Source: Paecilomyces variotii (lineage: Eukaryota). From it: a stretch of DNA of 64,000 nt. Of the stretch, positions 25,708 to 41,065 are shown piece after piece; position 1 is the first letter of the stretch, and every line of letters begins with the position of its first letter. Location of the stretch: NCBI GenBank assembly GCA_004022145.1, contig RCNU01000010.1; one strand, 5' to 3'. The notes under the pieces were generated by a model that was not told where the DNA came from, did no database searches, and was given only the letters and a program-made list of their open reading frames with translations. A program made the position numbers and the translations under genes.

Positions 25708-28688
25708 TCAGGTCGACTGCCTGTCTGGGAATGGCACTTTCGGAGTCGGGGTCGTATTCAAGCCCGGGATTGTTGTTGCTGAAGCCGAAACTGGTCGGCT
25801 CTCGTTGGCAACGCGCATACTTCCACGCGAACCCTTTATTAGCTGGCCGCTCTCAACCCGATCCTGGATCATCTCATCGAGCATACGGGACATTTCGTCC
25901 ACACTCCTTCTCTTTTTTGCTTTTTCCTTCTCGGACGTCTTTAACGAATCGTTGTTATCACCTGGACCACAAAGAACTGCAGACGCTGTCTTGGAGCTAC
26001 TGTTGCTCCCGGTACTCCGACGTACCAGCATGGTTCTGTTTTCGGGCGCAATTAGATCAGGAGTCATACAAGCCAGATCTCGCTGGCGAGCCGCTGACCG
26101 CAGTGCAGTAAGCATGCGATCCTTGTCATCAAGTTGAATCCGTAGCTCAGCTATTTCATTATCCTTCTCACGAAGCAGGTTCACAACATCAGGATCATCC
26201 GCAGACACGTTTCCAGATTTGATCTGCTGCTGGAGGCCCATAGACGTCCGCGAATGGCTAGAGCGTCTTGCTTGCAGCAGTCGTCTTTCAAGTGTGGATA
26301 TGTACCTGTTCTTGTCTGCAAGATCCGCTTGCAGAGCACTAACTTGCATCTGAAGACTAGCCGTGCCATCCCCGAATTCGCCCATGGTGTCCTCATCGTC
26401 CTCATTCGGAGAGGACACTCCGGGATAGGAAGCACGGATCGAGCGATCGACACTGTTGAAGGACATCATGGATACCGTTCGATTCAATGAATGCGCACCC
26501 AGTGTGGATTGGCTGACGGAGGAACGTAGAGATCTAGTACCATCATTGAGGGTGCTGGACATCCTCGACAGCCTACCCAGTGCAGACATTGTGCCACTAT
26601 TCACACCCGTAGATTTTGAAGAGAGAATAAGGCGGTTAAGATGCTCAATACGCTCTTTCAAAGCCGTCCTGGCCAGCTGCATCTCCAACATCTGTTCCTC
26701 GTGACGGACCTGAGCTTCGTTCTCCAGCTGCTTCTCCTCCATCTTAAGCTCTTTCTCAGCCTGGGCCTTAGCCTGGCCCTCGAGCTGGCTGCGCAGTGAC
26801 TGGATCTCCATGCGATAGCGTTCCAGAAGGACACGACTCCCACCATCGCCAGAGCTACCAAGCGCTTCTTCAGCCTTCTTCGCATGACTGACGATGTTGT
26901 TCTTGGCTCTAGCAGCGAATTTCATGGTATTCAGCGTCTCGCCCGTGTGTGAGTTCGCCGATGCTGCGCTGCCAGCTGACCCTAGCTGGATCGTACAGAG
27001 GATACTGACCAAGGAGTTTCCGGACAACGCAGGTTGCAGCAGCCGGGTCAGCTTACTGTCACGATATGGCAGATGTTTTCCATCTCGGTCCGCCCCGTTC
27101 TTGTCCTTAGTCTCAGAGAGCTTCGAGATAACCGTGCCAAGCGTGAGCAAGCTCTTGTTGATATGGGCACCTTCTTGACGTCGTTCCTTATTGTCGGCGG
27201 CTCTCTCGGAACCCGCCAGATCGATAAGACTCAACGTTGATACCCTTACTCCACCGGGTACAATTGCCGAGCGCTTATCGTGCGAAGCACTGCCTGGGGG
27301 TGCTCGCTCTCTGCTTTCCACAACGATCTGGACGACGGCATGACTGCGCGAACTGCGAGCGTTGAACTGAGTGCTGGCAACTCTTCTGGCATGATCACCT
27401 CGAGCAATGACTCGAAGCAATTGAGTAGGGCTCTGCACGATCTCCTCCTTTAGGGGAGTAGCGTATACACCTCGTTTGCTGTCTTCGCGTAATTTGATTT
27501 CTTCCTGTTGAGCGATTCCGGGGCCGTTTTGGGTGGAAGCAGAAAGCAAGTCGTGGATCTTTTCGTTGTAGATCTCCAGGTAGCTAACGCGCAGAAGGAA
27601 CTCCCTGTGTGGGGTTTCCCTAATATAGGAGAAAATATCTGTGATGGCCAGCGGGATTACTCCAGGCGATGTTGCTGTTCCCTGCATAGAGAAGGTCTTT
27701 CCCGTTCCAGTCATACCGTATGCGAAAACCGTTCCGTGGTAACCTTCCATGACTCTCCGTACGAGACGCTTCGCTGCGGCATCGTATACCTTGGCATTGT
27801 TGTCGTGGGTGGTGAATACATTATCTTGAGGAAGAATTCAAATTAGCTCAGCTCTCCGCTCAACAACGGTATATTGATTGGATTAGATTGGCCCTTACCG
27901 TAATAGTAGTCACCGGCTTCCTTGCCTCTGAAAGAGATTAGAGCCCTCCGTCCATCTACCATCCACTCTCCATCCGGTTTTGAAGCGTCGGAATTGCCCG
28001 CATCAGGCCGAACTCGGACACTGACAAGCACATTGCCTTTCGCATCTTTAGCTTTACCAGTCCCCTTCGAGTTCCCGCCAGCCTCGTCAGCATCGTCAAA
28101 TGTTGTCGCACTAGTGGAATACGAGCCTTGCGCAGACGAGCTCCGGCTCTGTGGCGGTGATGGAATGTTGAATTGGCCCTCCGGATCCACGCTGGCAGCG
28201 CCGAGTCCTAGTAGAGATGGAGTCTTGGAACTGCGGTAGCTGCTGGTAGTGCCAGTGCTCAGCCTGGAAAGTTTCTTCGACTTCGAAGTAATCGATGAAG
28301 CGCTGGATTTCAGATCTGGCGTAGCGGATTTCGGAGGAATACCGGAGAAAGACGAAGACGGGGAAGGACGGGTACTGCCAGCTTTGGGGGGCTGAGGGAA
28401 CGCCGCGATGCTAATCGTCCTCCGCAGTGTCTTGTCAGGGCTGCTGGGAGTGCGTCCCGCTGAGGTCGACCTCAGACTGGGAATGTCGGTCGTCGAGCTC
28501 GACTGACTAGATTTGGCAAGCTGGGGTCGAGGAGACGCAGGCGTCCGTAGCTTTGAAGGCGTGGGTGATGGTACCCTTGACCCTCCTGAGGGTACCGGTA
28601 GACTCTTTCTCGCTTTCTGGCTCGGTATTGAAGTTGGTGGGTTGTTCGTCGCACGGGGACGCTGCGGTAGAGCCGAGGTTGACGCCAT
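25708..28688 (-). CDS. kipA: Kinesin-7 (KipA/Kip2/Tea2-like) with a Ser/Pro-rich N-terminus and coiled-coil tail; intron about 27825-27897
   Basis: VLVSVRVRP, P-loop GMTGTGKT, SYLEIYNEKIHDLL, NARSSRSH, LIDLAGSE, INKSLLTLG, HLPYRDSKLTRLLQ, ERIEHLNRLILSS. Confidence 0.92.
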
Positions 28689-31600
28689 GTCTTCTAAATC
28701 TCAATGCGGACCCCTCTGTACGTTCAGAATGGTTAAGACTCAACAAGACCAGTCTCCGGACGAAGTGGCCATACGCGGGACCGATATCTCTGTTTGAGTT
28801 GTATGTAGTCTGCCAGCGACATGCAAGGTTCGAGGCGCAAATGGAGAAGTATCGTAACTTGAGGTTGCTGGCCACGCGTGGGGAAATATTCGTACCAGTA
28901 GCTCGTGCACGGAACGCGATGACCTGAGAAGGACTCCTCGTTCCTGGATCAGAGAAAACCGATTAGTATAAGGTCCATCTGCAGTGAAGTCATTCGGGCG
29001 CATATGTTTACAACACCCAACCGCAATGGAGGTGATGATAAAACATCAACATGCAAAGCAGATCCCACACACACACACACACGTGGGAAAATGCGGGTTG
29101 AGAGTTTCAGGGCCACGTCGAAGATACTCGATCTGAGGAAAAAAGAAGCGAGGACTTACTTACTGGTCCACCAAGCCTCTCAACACTGCTTGATCGTGAA
29201 ACAAGAAAACACAACCGCTAGAAGCTTCTTTGAGAGCAAAGTCACACGCCGCAGAAGCCTAGCTATGGGACTCCACCAGAAGCGATCTCAGAGGAATGTC
29301 CCTGAGAAAAAACACACACAAAAGGCAGCGTTTACTTTTCTGCAACAATAGCACCCGGTGGAGCGGCACGTACGGCTGAGTCGCAGCGAGAGAGAGACAG
29401 AGAGAGAGCGAAAGTAGAAGCGCAATAAGGTCAAACAGTCGTTTCTATAGAAGTTGATGTAAGCGTATGCGCCTAGGCGTTCTCTGTCGCTCTTTCTCAC
29501 TCTCTCCAGAGAGACAGACGCCAGTGTGTGAGGACTTCGCACACAAGAAGTGGAAGATGGCGAGGTGAGAGAGTGGACGCGGGACCCTGGGATCAAATCG
29601 ATGGCAGATCCCCGAGAGCAGCCAGCCTAGACCAGGGAGCGTCACGGCAGCGCAAGGAGAACCGCCGTTGAGTTATGCGTCTGTAGAGACTAGGTGAATT
29701 TAGTCTGTTTTACTACCAGCTAGATATGCCACCTTTGATAGGTCATACAATACACGCGGTTATTACCATCTGCGTCTCATCACGGTTAGTTATCATCATG
29801 ATTATTGTGAATCTCTCTCATCAACTAGAGTCTAGAGAGCGAAAAAATGAGGCCGGCGCGGGGGCGATCTTTGGCCGATTTGCTCGAGGAAGCCTGTGCC
29901 AACTATTGCCTCGAGTCTTCGAGGCATTCGCATGTTATTATTGATTGATCAGTGATCTACTCTGGATGATCTCTCAGCCTCCACGGTTCTTTTTGGGCAA
30001 ACCGGCCAGCCCACTTATCACACCGGAGAGAAAGGGCCAAAGCAAGCTATGGCCGCCGCAAGACATTATTCGCTACAGATCGGGCACGGTCATAGCGACC
30101 TGGGCTCTTTTCCGACGCGGACACTACATTGTTTGTATGTATTATTGCATGCAGGGTTGCAGACTCTGGAGCGGAAAAGGGGCAGTGGACGAGGCAAAAC
30201 CTACTTAACGTGCCTGGCGCTGAGACGGGCCGCCATAGCGTCTCTAGTGTTCGCCAGAGTTCCTGGGAACGGTGAGATTTAGTGTCAAAGTCTCCCTCTC
30301 ACAGTGTGCCCTGTGGTTGGGTACCATCTCTCTTCATTCCTCATCTGCATGATAGGAAAGGGGGCTTTCTGCGGCACGGCCTTCTTTGGCTCTTCCTTGC
30401 GGGAGAATAGTGGATTTGGTAACCAGTTTGTGTACTGCCAACTCCATGTGTCCTGGTTAATGATGATGTGATTTAGCTGATAACGGGAATTAAAACGTGA
30501 GAAAGTCCGTATATACCAGGCTTGACTCTCTCTTTTGTGCTGGGGCGCCGTTTTGAACGTTCGTTCGGGGACTAAACTGTCAACGGTCTTGAAGCTATCG
30601 CGAAATTCTCCTCAGGTGTCTTGCGGAGTCTTGAAAAGCACTGATTGGGTCCCGGAACGTCGGGAAGAGGGCAAAAGTCATGGCTTCGGCATTACTATTA
30701 TTATTATTGTGACTCCTCAGGTCCTACCACTGGCATCAATAATGCAAGGGTTGCCCTTGTCCTTCAGGGTTGTCATGCTGGCTTTGCCGGTGATTTTTTT
30801 CAGGTAAGCGGCAGGCACAATAAATGAATGTCCTTGATTAATTAGCATCACCATCTTCAAGGAAGGTCACTATTATTATCAGGGTCTAGATACGGTTAAC
30901 AGTTCCTCCTACATAGTTCGGGTTCGACTAGAGAACGGAGTATGGTTATCGACCCATATTAATTATCAGGGACCATAGGGATCTCCGATGGGGAAAAGAT
31001 AAATTAGTTGACACGCAGCATGATCATTATTTCTCCGTCTCGGACGCTTATTATTATTAACCACTACCAGGCAAGAATGCATTAAAGCCGTGGGCTCCCC
31101 CGGAATTGCAGCTATGGGTATGATGTGTCCTGTGCGGCCAGGACCCATCAGTCCACGGTATCCAGGGCTACAAGCGAGCGGGAAATCTTCGTTAGAACGA
31201 AATTAACTTAGATATCTGTTAGTTAATTACGCTGGAATCGGCGTAGGACGACGGCCATGACCCGAAATTATGGATCATGTTTCATGTGTCTAGAGCTCCA
31301 GGGGGTTACCGTACAAAATAGGGGATTCTTAGTTCTTTTCAAATTCGCAGTATCATATTAGCCAGGAGCAGCAGTGGAAATAATATACAAGTGGCCAAAC
31401 GCCGTAATATATCCGAGGACTGCCCGTGATAATCGGATCTTTCTTGTACTCTGTACAACGCCAGAAATCACTCCAGCGCTGGCCATTTGAATCCCCGCAA
31501 CCCCGTAGAAACGTAGTACACACTTCTAATTTGACTACGTTGATCATGACGCATGGATAATTGGTCACTTTTCCATTGAGATTAACATCCGGATCTTCCA

Positions 31601-32165
31601 TTTGAGATTGCTTATAATATATTTTGATCGTCACTAACAAGATCTAGACCAGTGACTTTAGAATGGCCACCATCTGACTTCACCATGGTTCTTTTACTTT
31701 CCCGCCTCATCGAGCAACCGAAGAGCCCTTGAACGGCTCCGGCCTCCCATCTTGATCATCAGCTCCTCCACCAAGTTATGGCATGGATAATGTGGACCTA
31801 TCGAAAGAGCTCCCAACTGCAGGGTAGGAAAGAGCAACTCCTTGACAGATGGGTATCTCGCACCGTGCATCCTCCGCTCCAGCTGGCAAGTGTCATCAAT
31901 GCAACGAGAGACGTATATGAAGCACTCGTTTCTCAACGGAGTGTTTGTAGACCATTCCACCGGTATGATACAGTGGAAGTTAGGGTGTCATGTCATCGAA
32001 CTAGCAACAGCTGAAAAGTCGAGGGGACCCCAACTGAGAATTACCATTTCGGGGCGGGGAGCCGGGGAACTTACGTGCGTGCTCGACGCGCCCCATCTTG
32101 CCCCCAAAGTTGTGTAATGATATTCCAAAAGCAGGCCATTCGTTCTGGTCAGGCGTTGGGCTTGC

Positions 32166-33463
32166 TCACTTCATTGCACCGAAATCCAATTGTCTTGCAG
32201 CATTTTTGAACCGACTATCGTCGATTCTCTCAGCACCGGCCCTGCTCAAATCTTCACCCATTTTCTTGCTACCACCCGACTTCTTCGGAAGGTCTTCTTT
32301 CTTTGTCGGCTTGGGCTCAGTGAACCACCACCTATGTTCAAGGATCTGTCGTGCCGTACTTCGCTTTCTGGGATCCAACTGACACATCGACATCAAGAGA
32401 TCGGCTCCTACAGGACCGGCGGTAGGAAACTGCTGCTGGTAGAAGTCTCGACCTCTGACTGGTATGATATAGTTTTTGTCCACAGGTACATAGTTAGGAA
32501 GCTTTGTGACACCGGGCCAGTTGTCCTCCGTGGGAGTGCCGAAAGCCTCGCATATTTTTGTTATCTGATCCATATCGGAGTTTCCAGCAACAAACGGGAC
32601 ACGGATAAGCAGTTCCGCAAAGACCATCCCGACGGACCAGATGTCCACTGCACCTGAGTACTGTCGCGCTCCGTAAAGGAGCTCAGGCGGTCGGTACCAT
32701 CGGGTTATCACTTGATGCGTCATATTCAGGTATGGGTCGGCGAAAGACCTCGCCAGACCGAAATCTGCCAATTTGACCTCTCCATCAGAGGCAATCAACA
32801 AGTTGTTCGGTTTGATATCTCGATGTAGCACGAAATTCTCATGGCAGAACCACACGGCTCTGCAAAGCATGCCCATCCATGCCTTCACATCTCCAGCTCC
32901 ATATTGTATATTCTGGTCCTTAATGAGCATCTCGAGATCACCGAGAGGCAGGAATTCTAGGACGAGGTTCAAGTTCTGGTCTTTCGACGAGAAGACGTCA
33001 TGGAGCGCAATGATGTTGGCGTGAGACAACTCCTGGAGATATTTCACTTCGCGAATGGCGTCCATGGACAGCCCATCCTTGTACTCGGTGTTGACCTTGA
33101 TCTTCTTGATAGCAAAAAGGGAGGACGGATCGGTTCGTAGATGTGCAAGGTACACAATAGCATAAGTACCCTCACCCAGCTTTTTATCTTTTACGCTCAT
33201 ATTAGCCCCATTCTAACCCCAAGATATTCATGTTAACATATATGCGTTGCTATACCTTTTACGTATTTTCGTCTGACATCTTCGTTCAACTGCTCTGCGA
33301 GCTCCCCCTCCGCGGCGGGTGGCGCAGATGACGATTCGGCCTTTTCCTGCTTATTTTCCTGCTTGAACGTAAAACCAGCGGCCAAGCTCTTGGCCTTTGA
33401 GGAAACAGTATTTGAAGTAGTCCCCACGGAAGGTGAACGGGGAACGAGGGGAGACACAGCCAT
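32166..33463 (-). CDS. KIN28: TFIIH kinase CDK7/Kin28; exons 33463-33256, 33187-32166
   Basis: KLGEGTYA, KDGLSMDAIRE, HRDIKPNNLLI, ADFGLARSF, T-loop MTHQVITRWYRPPELLYGA. Confidence 0.93.
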
Positions 33464-33946
33464 AGTTGCTTAGCAAGGCCAATCTGCGAACCGGAAAGGA
33501 GAGCTAGCTTGTGCGCGTGGCCGTACCTATGGCACCAGACTCTGTAGCCCGTCTGAGGGAGCTAGCCAGGGCATAGACAGCTTTCCAAACCGTCGATTAA
33601 ATCTGTCACGAGAAAAAAATACCTTTTGTTTTGGTGTCTCATGCACTTCCAGTATGCAAGAGACCGACTTGCGGAATCTCGGAGGTCAACAGCTCACGGA
33701 CTATCATTAATCCCGGTCAACCGCAAGCTCTGGATCGTAAACTCCGCAGCCTCGAAATTTCCCTGACCAACCCTCCGCGCGGTATCCCCGCCTGCAATAC
33801 GGCAAGTGTCTCTGAATTCTCACTCATTCTGTTATTACTGAATGTATAAAATCCAATTGCGTTCAAATTTCTCATAATTTTCCTCACCGGATACCCCTTT
33901 GTTCCCACCTGGAACCGTTCAGGACGACCGCTTTCTTCCTACAACC

Positions 33947-34714
33947 ATGGCGACGATGCGCAACCCACGCCTCGCTCTCCTCTCATCACGCTTCGCCAAT
34001 CCCCTGAGTATCACTCAGCAATGCATCCGCTGCCTGCACAAGAATGCAGCTCCTCGCCCTGTGCCATCACCGACCCCTTTCGTCCCTGATGTGCCGACCT
34101 TCCTCACCCTGATCGGGCGTGACATGTCCAAGCACGCAAGCAAGCTTACGTCCTGGGAGCAATTATTCACACTTTCATCCTCGGAACTGCGAGAGTTGGG
34201 AATCGAGCCCGCGCGTCAGCGACGATACCTTCTACGACAACGCGAGAGGTTCAGAAACGGAATCTACGGTCCAGGTGGAGATCTGGAGAACGTGGTTGAT
34301 GGCGTGGCACAGCTACGTGTTGTTGAAGTGCCTCAGGGGGAACAGGACGTGAACAATGCTAGTTCTTCCAAGGATAGCGCGGATGGTGCTGCCGCTGCCG
34401 TTACGGCCTCTGCGACCCTGTCTCCGTTCACGAAGAGGGCTATCGTCAATCTCCTCCCGGACGCAACCGAATACAAGCATGAAGCCTCGAAGCCACTGAA
34501 GAAGTTCGCCAAGATGAAGATCCACCGCGGGACGATGATCAAGGGCCCGTTCTTGAAGCCCATCAAGGGAACGAACGGTTCGGCGGCCTTGATCCAGGTC
34601 CAGGAGGGAATGTGGGAAGACAAGCAGGGACACAAGGTTGATGGCGGTGAGCGAAGACGTGCGGAAGTCCGGGCAAAGAAGAGAAGCCAGGAGAGGAAAG
34701 AGAGCACCGCTTAG
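33947..34714 (+). CDS. FYV4: Mitochondrial IGR-motif protein (Fyv4/mS41 family)
   Basis: Arg/Ser/Leu-rich presequence-like N-terminus; PDVPTFLTLIGRDMSKHASKL.SWEQLF.LSSSELRELGIEPARQRRYLL; C-terminal VDGGERRRAEV. Confidence 0.88.
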   Translation: MATMRNPRLALLSSRFANPLSITQQCIRCLHKNAAPRPVPSPTPFVPDVPTFLTLIGRDMSKHASKLTSWEQLFTLSSSELRELGIEPARQRRYLLRQRERFRNGIYGPGGDLENVVDGVAQLRVVEVPQGEQDVNNASSSKDSADGAAAAVTASATLSPFTKRAIVNLLPDATEYKHEASKPLKKFAKMKIHRGTMIKGPFLKPIKGTNGSAALIQVQEGMWEDKQGHKVDGGERRRAEVRAKKRSQERKESTA

Positions 34715-35293
34715 AAGTACACCACAAACTACATATGACGGCGCTTAACTGGCTTTTATCGATCTTTTTCTCTCCCTCCCTACCGCGGAGTAGGGCTGAA
34801 GACACCACATGTATTCTATTATGACTTGTACAGACTATCTATAGTGCTCTTGTTCAATCCTGTGACATGCTTCCCTTTTCATCTCTTCGGTTTATCAACA
34901 TTTTGATTTCTGTATACACAAAAGCTTTGGCGAGATCTCCGTAATGGTATCTCGGCGGCCGAATCGTGACGTTAGATAAATCACGTAGAACAGGGTGGGA
35001 TGCCGCAACCCGGAGTATCTCGTAACGTTCGCGATTAATTAAAAAAAATACGGACATAAGATGGGATCTGGACTGGAGCCAGTTCGGCAAAAGAAGAATA
35101 AGTGATCAGAAGCACATATAAACGCGATGAAGACCAGATCTCGTGGATGGCATGATGGCATCAGCAACGACTTGTGCAACTCCCCTTCGTCCCAGACACA
35201 GCTGAAGAATAGACAGGCATGGCAAGAATTAAAGGGCCACTCCCTCGCACAGGGAGGAACGGAAGCTTAACATAATACTGACTCGTGAGGTTT

Positions 35294-37047
<1,754 letters not shown>

Positions 37048-37396
37048 CGTTGCGCCACTGGTCGCGGAAGAGACAGGTGAGGGCACAAGGAGAAGGGAAG
37101 AAAGGCGTACCAAGAGATAGACCTGGATGAGGGTGATAGGGACGAAGTCGACTTAAGGAAGAATTGAAGGCGCGCGGCAGAAAGATAGGGTAGAGTCCAG
37201 CAGAGCACGCCTTGCTATTCCCGGTATGGGGTACAGAACGACACCCTTTAGATGTTCCACGGGTTGTCCGCACGGGCGGGTGTCAACCTAGGATAATTCG
37301 CACTTAGTTGAGCTGGATCTTGTCGCTCACTGGCGCGCCCCTGGAAACGAACAAATTCACAGGGGGAAACAAATCAGAGACGCTGCAATCTTGGCC

Positions 37397-37407
37397 ATCA
37401 CGCCACT
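37397..37407 (+). promoter_or_regulatory. Candidate sterol regulatory element (SREBP/SrbA site) ATCACGCCACT, about 350 bp upstream of the cyp51 ATG
   Basis: Matches the SRE-type consensus RTCAN(C/G)CCACY and lies upstream of an ergosterol gene. Confidence 0.55.
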
Positions 37408-37640
37408 CCGGGCGGTGAGGATCACTTGGTCATCACAAAGAACATCCATCTAACTAGTTAATAGTTAATTATCTTAACCATTCTTGGTTGGATAATAACA
37501 ATAAACAAAAGGGACCAAATGAAGAATCAAAAACTAAGAATCTAGTTTCTTTTGCTCTTGAAAATTTGCGCCTTCGTAAAATATCTCCTACTGTACTCGA
37601 CCTCGGTCATCTCCTGATCTTTTGTATAGGTGGCTCTGTA

Positions 37641-37677
37641 CGAAAATTATGCTGACTGAATCGCAGCATAATTTTCG
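37641..37677. repeat. Perfect 14-bp inverted repeat CGAAAATTATGCTG-N9-CAGCATAATTTTCG
   Basis: Read directly: arms at 37641-37654 and 37664-37677. Confidence 0.9.
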
Positions 37678-38222
37678 AAAGGTTTGAGACCAGGTGGATC
37701 AGATGGGCGAGAGACTAATGCCGCCAGTGCGCTTCCGCGTGAGAACTAACTGACTGCCTATCCTTCATCGTGCAATGACTCGTCGAATCCAGCAATAGTT
37801 GCTAGTTATCCTATTTGATAGTACGGAGTATTACTGTACAAAAGCCACTGGCGTAAATATGCAAAGAGTCCCTCGACTGCATGTAAGAGAACAGTTTTCC
37901 TGCTAAAGCTGTAGCGAATGCTTTTGAACAATAAGCCCAACAACATAACCGTATGAAAACTGCGACTTCCAGACAATGGCCTCATTAGAGATAAGAGATA
38001 AAAAAGAAGAGGCCCGAAGCATTTCTAGTTTTCATGACCTTTTCGTGCATCTATTGAGCTGGCATGCAATTGCAATCCAACCGTCGGCACCCAACAAAAC
38101 CCAGGGAGGTAAAGAATAAAAAAAGGAAACAACTAACACGAGAGCTGTTGCGCTACGCCAAGGACCGCTCCATAAAAATTCCAACCAGCGCAAAACTGAA
38201 GAAGACCGTCCACGGCGGTAGT

Positions 38223-40520
<2,298 letters not shown>

Positions 40521-41065
40521 CCTCTCCCTCGATATTAGACGGGAAGTTCGTGAGATCAACAGGCTTCAGCCGGAGCCTCAGGCTACTTGCGGCGGAAAAG
40601 AGAGCCAGGCAGTCTGTGCGGTGTAGATAGCCAGTTAAATTGTTGGTTGCAGCATTTTCTTTGAATCTGATAATATTAATTGATCTTCTCCGCGGTAGTT
40701 AACAATTACGCGACGGGTCCGCGGCTTGCCAACATTAATATTAATGGGTCCACTGGAGCTAACGAATGGAGCAAAAATAGAGTAACGTAGATAGTTAGAT
40801 TGACTAGTTACTCTACTTAGTACTTACTGTACGGAGAAAACGGGGGGAGCAACACATGAACGCCGTCGGCCTTAGGGCGCTGCCTTCCCGAACAGTTGGT
40901 GCCTTGTGCTGGATTTGGATCTCGACCTCGGCTTGGAAGTCAATTCAGGAGGTTCAACCTTCTCCCACTCACTACATATCTCGTGCCAGCACGCTTGGTT
41001 TTCTGGACAATCTATGCTGAGCAGACCCGTTTGATTGTTGGCGGGGAGCCTCACGCATACCCGCA

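Noticed and set aside
30915..30935. GGTTCGACT, T-loop/B-box-like
   Set aside because: No T-stem pairing or cloverleaf around it.
31694..32117. Short ORFs downstream of KIN28
   Set aside because: No consistent splice model or recognisable motif.
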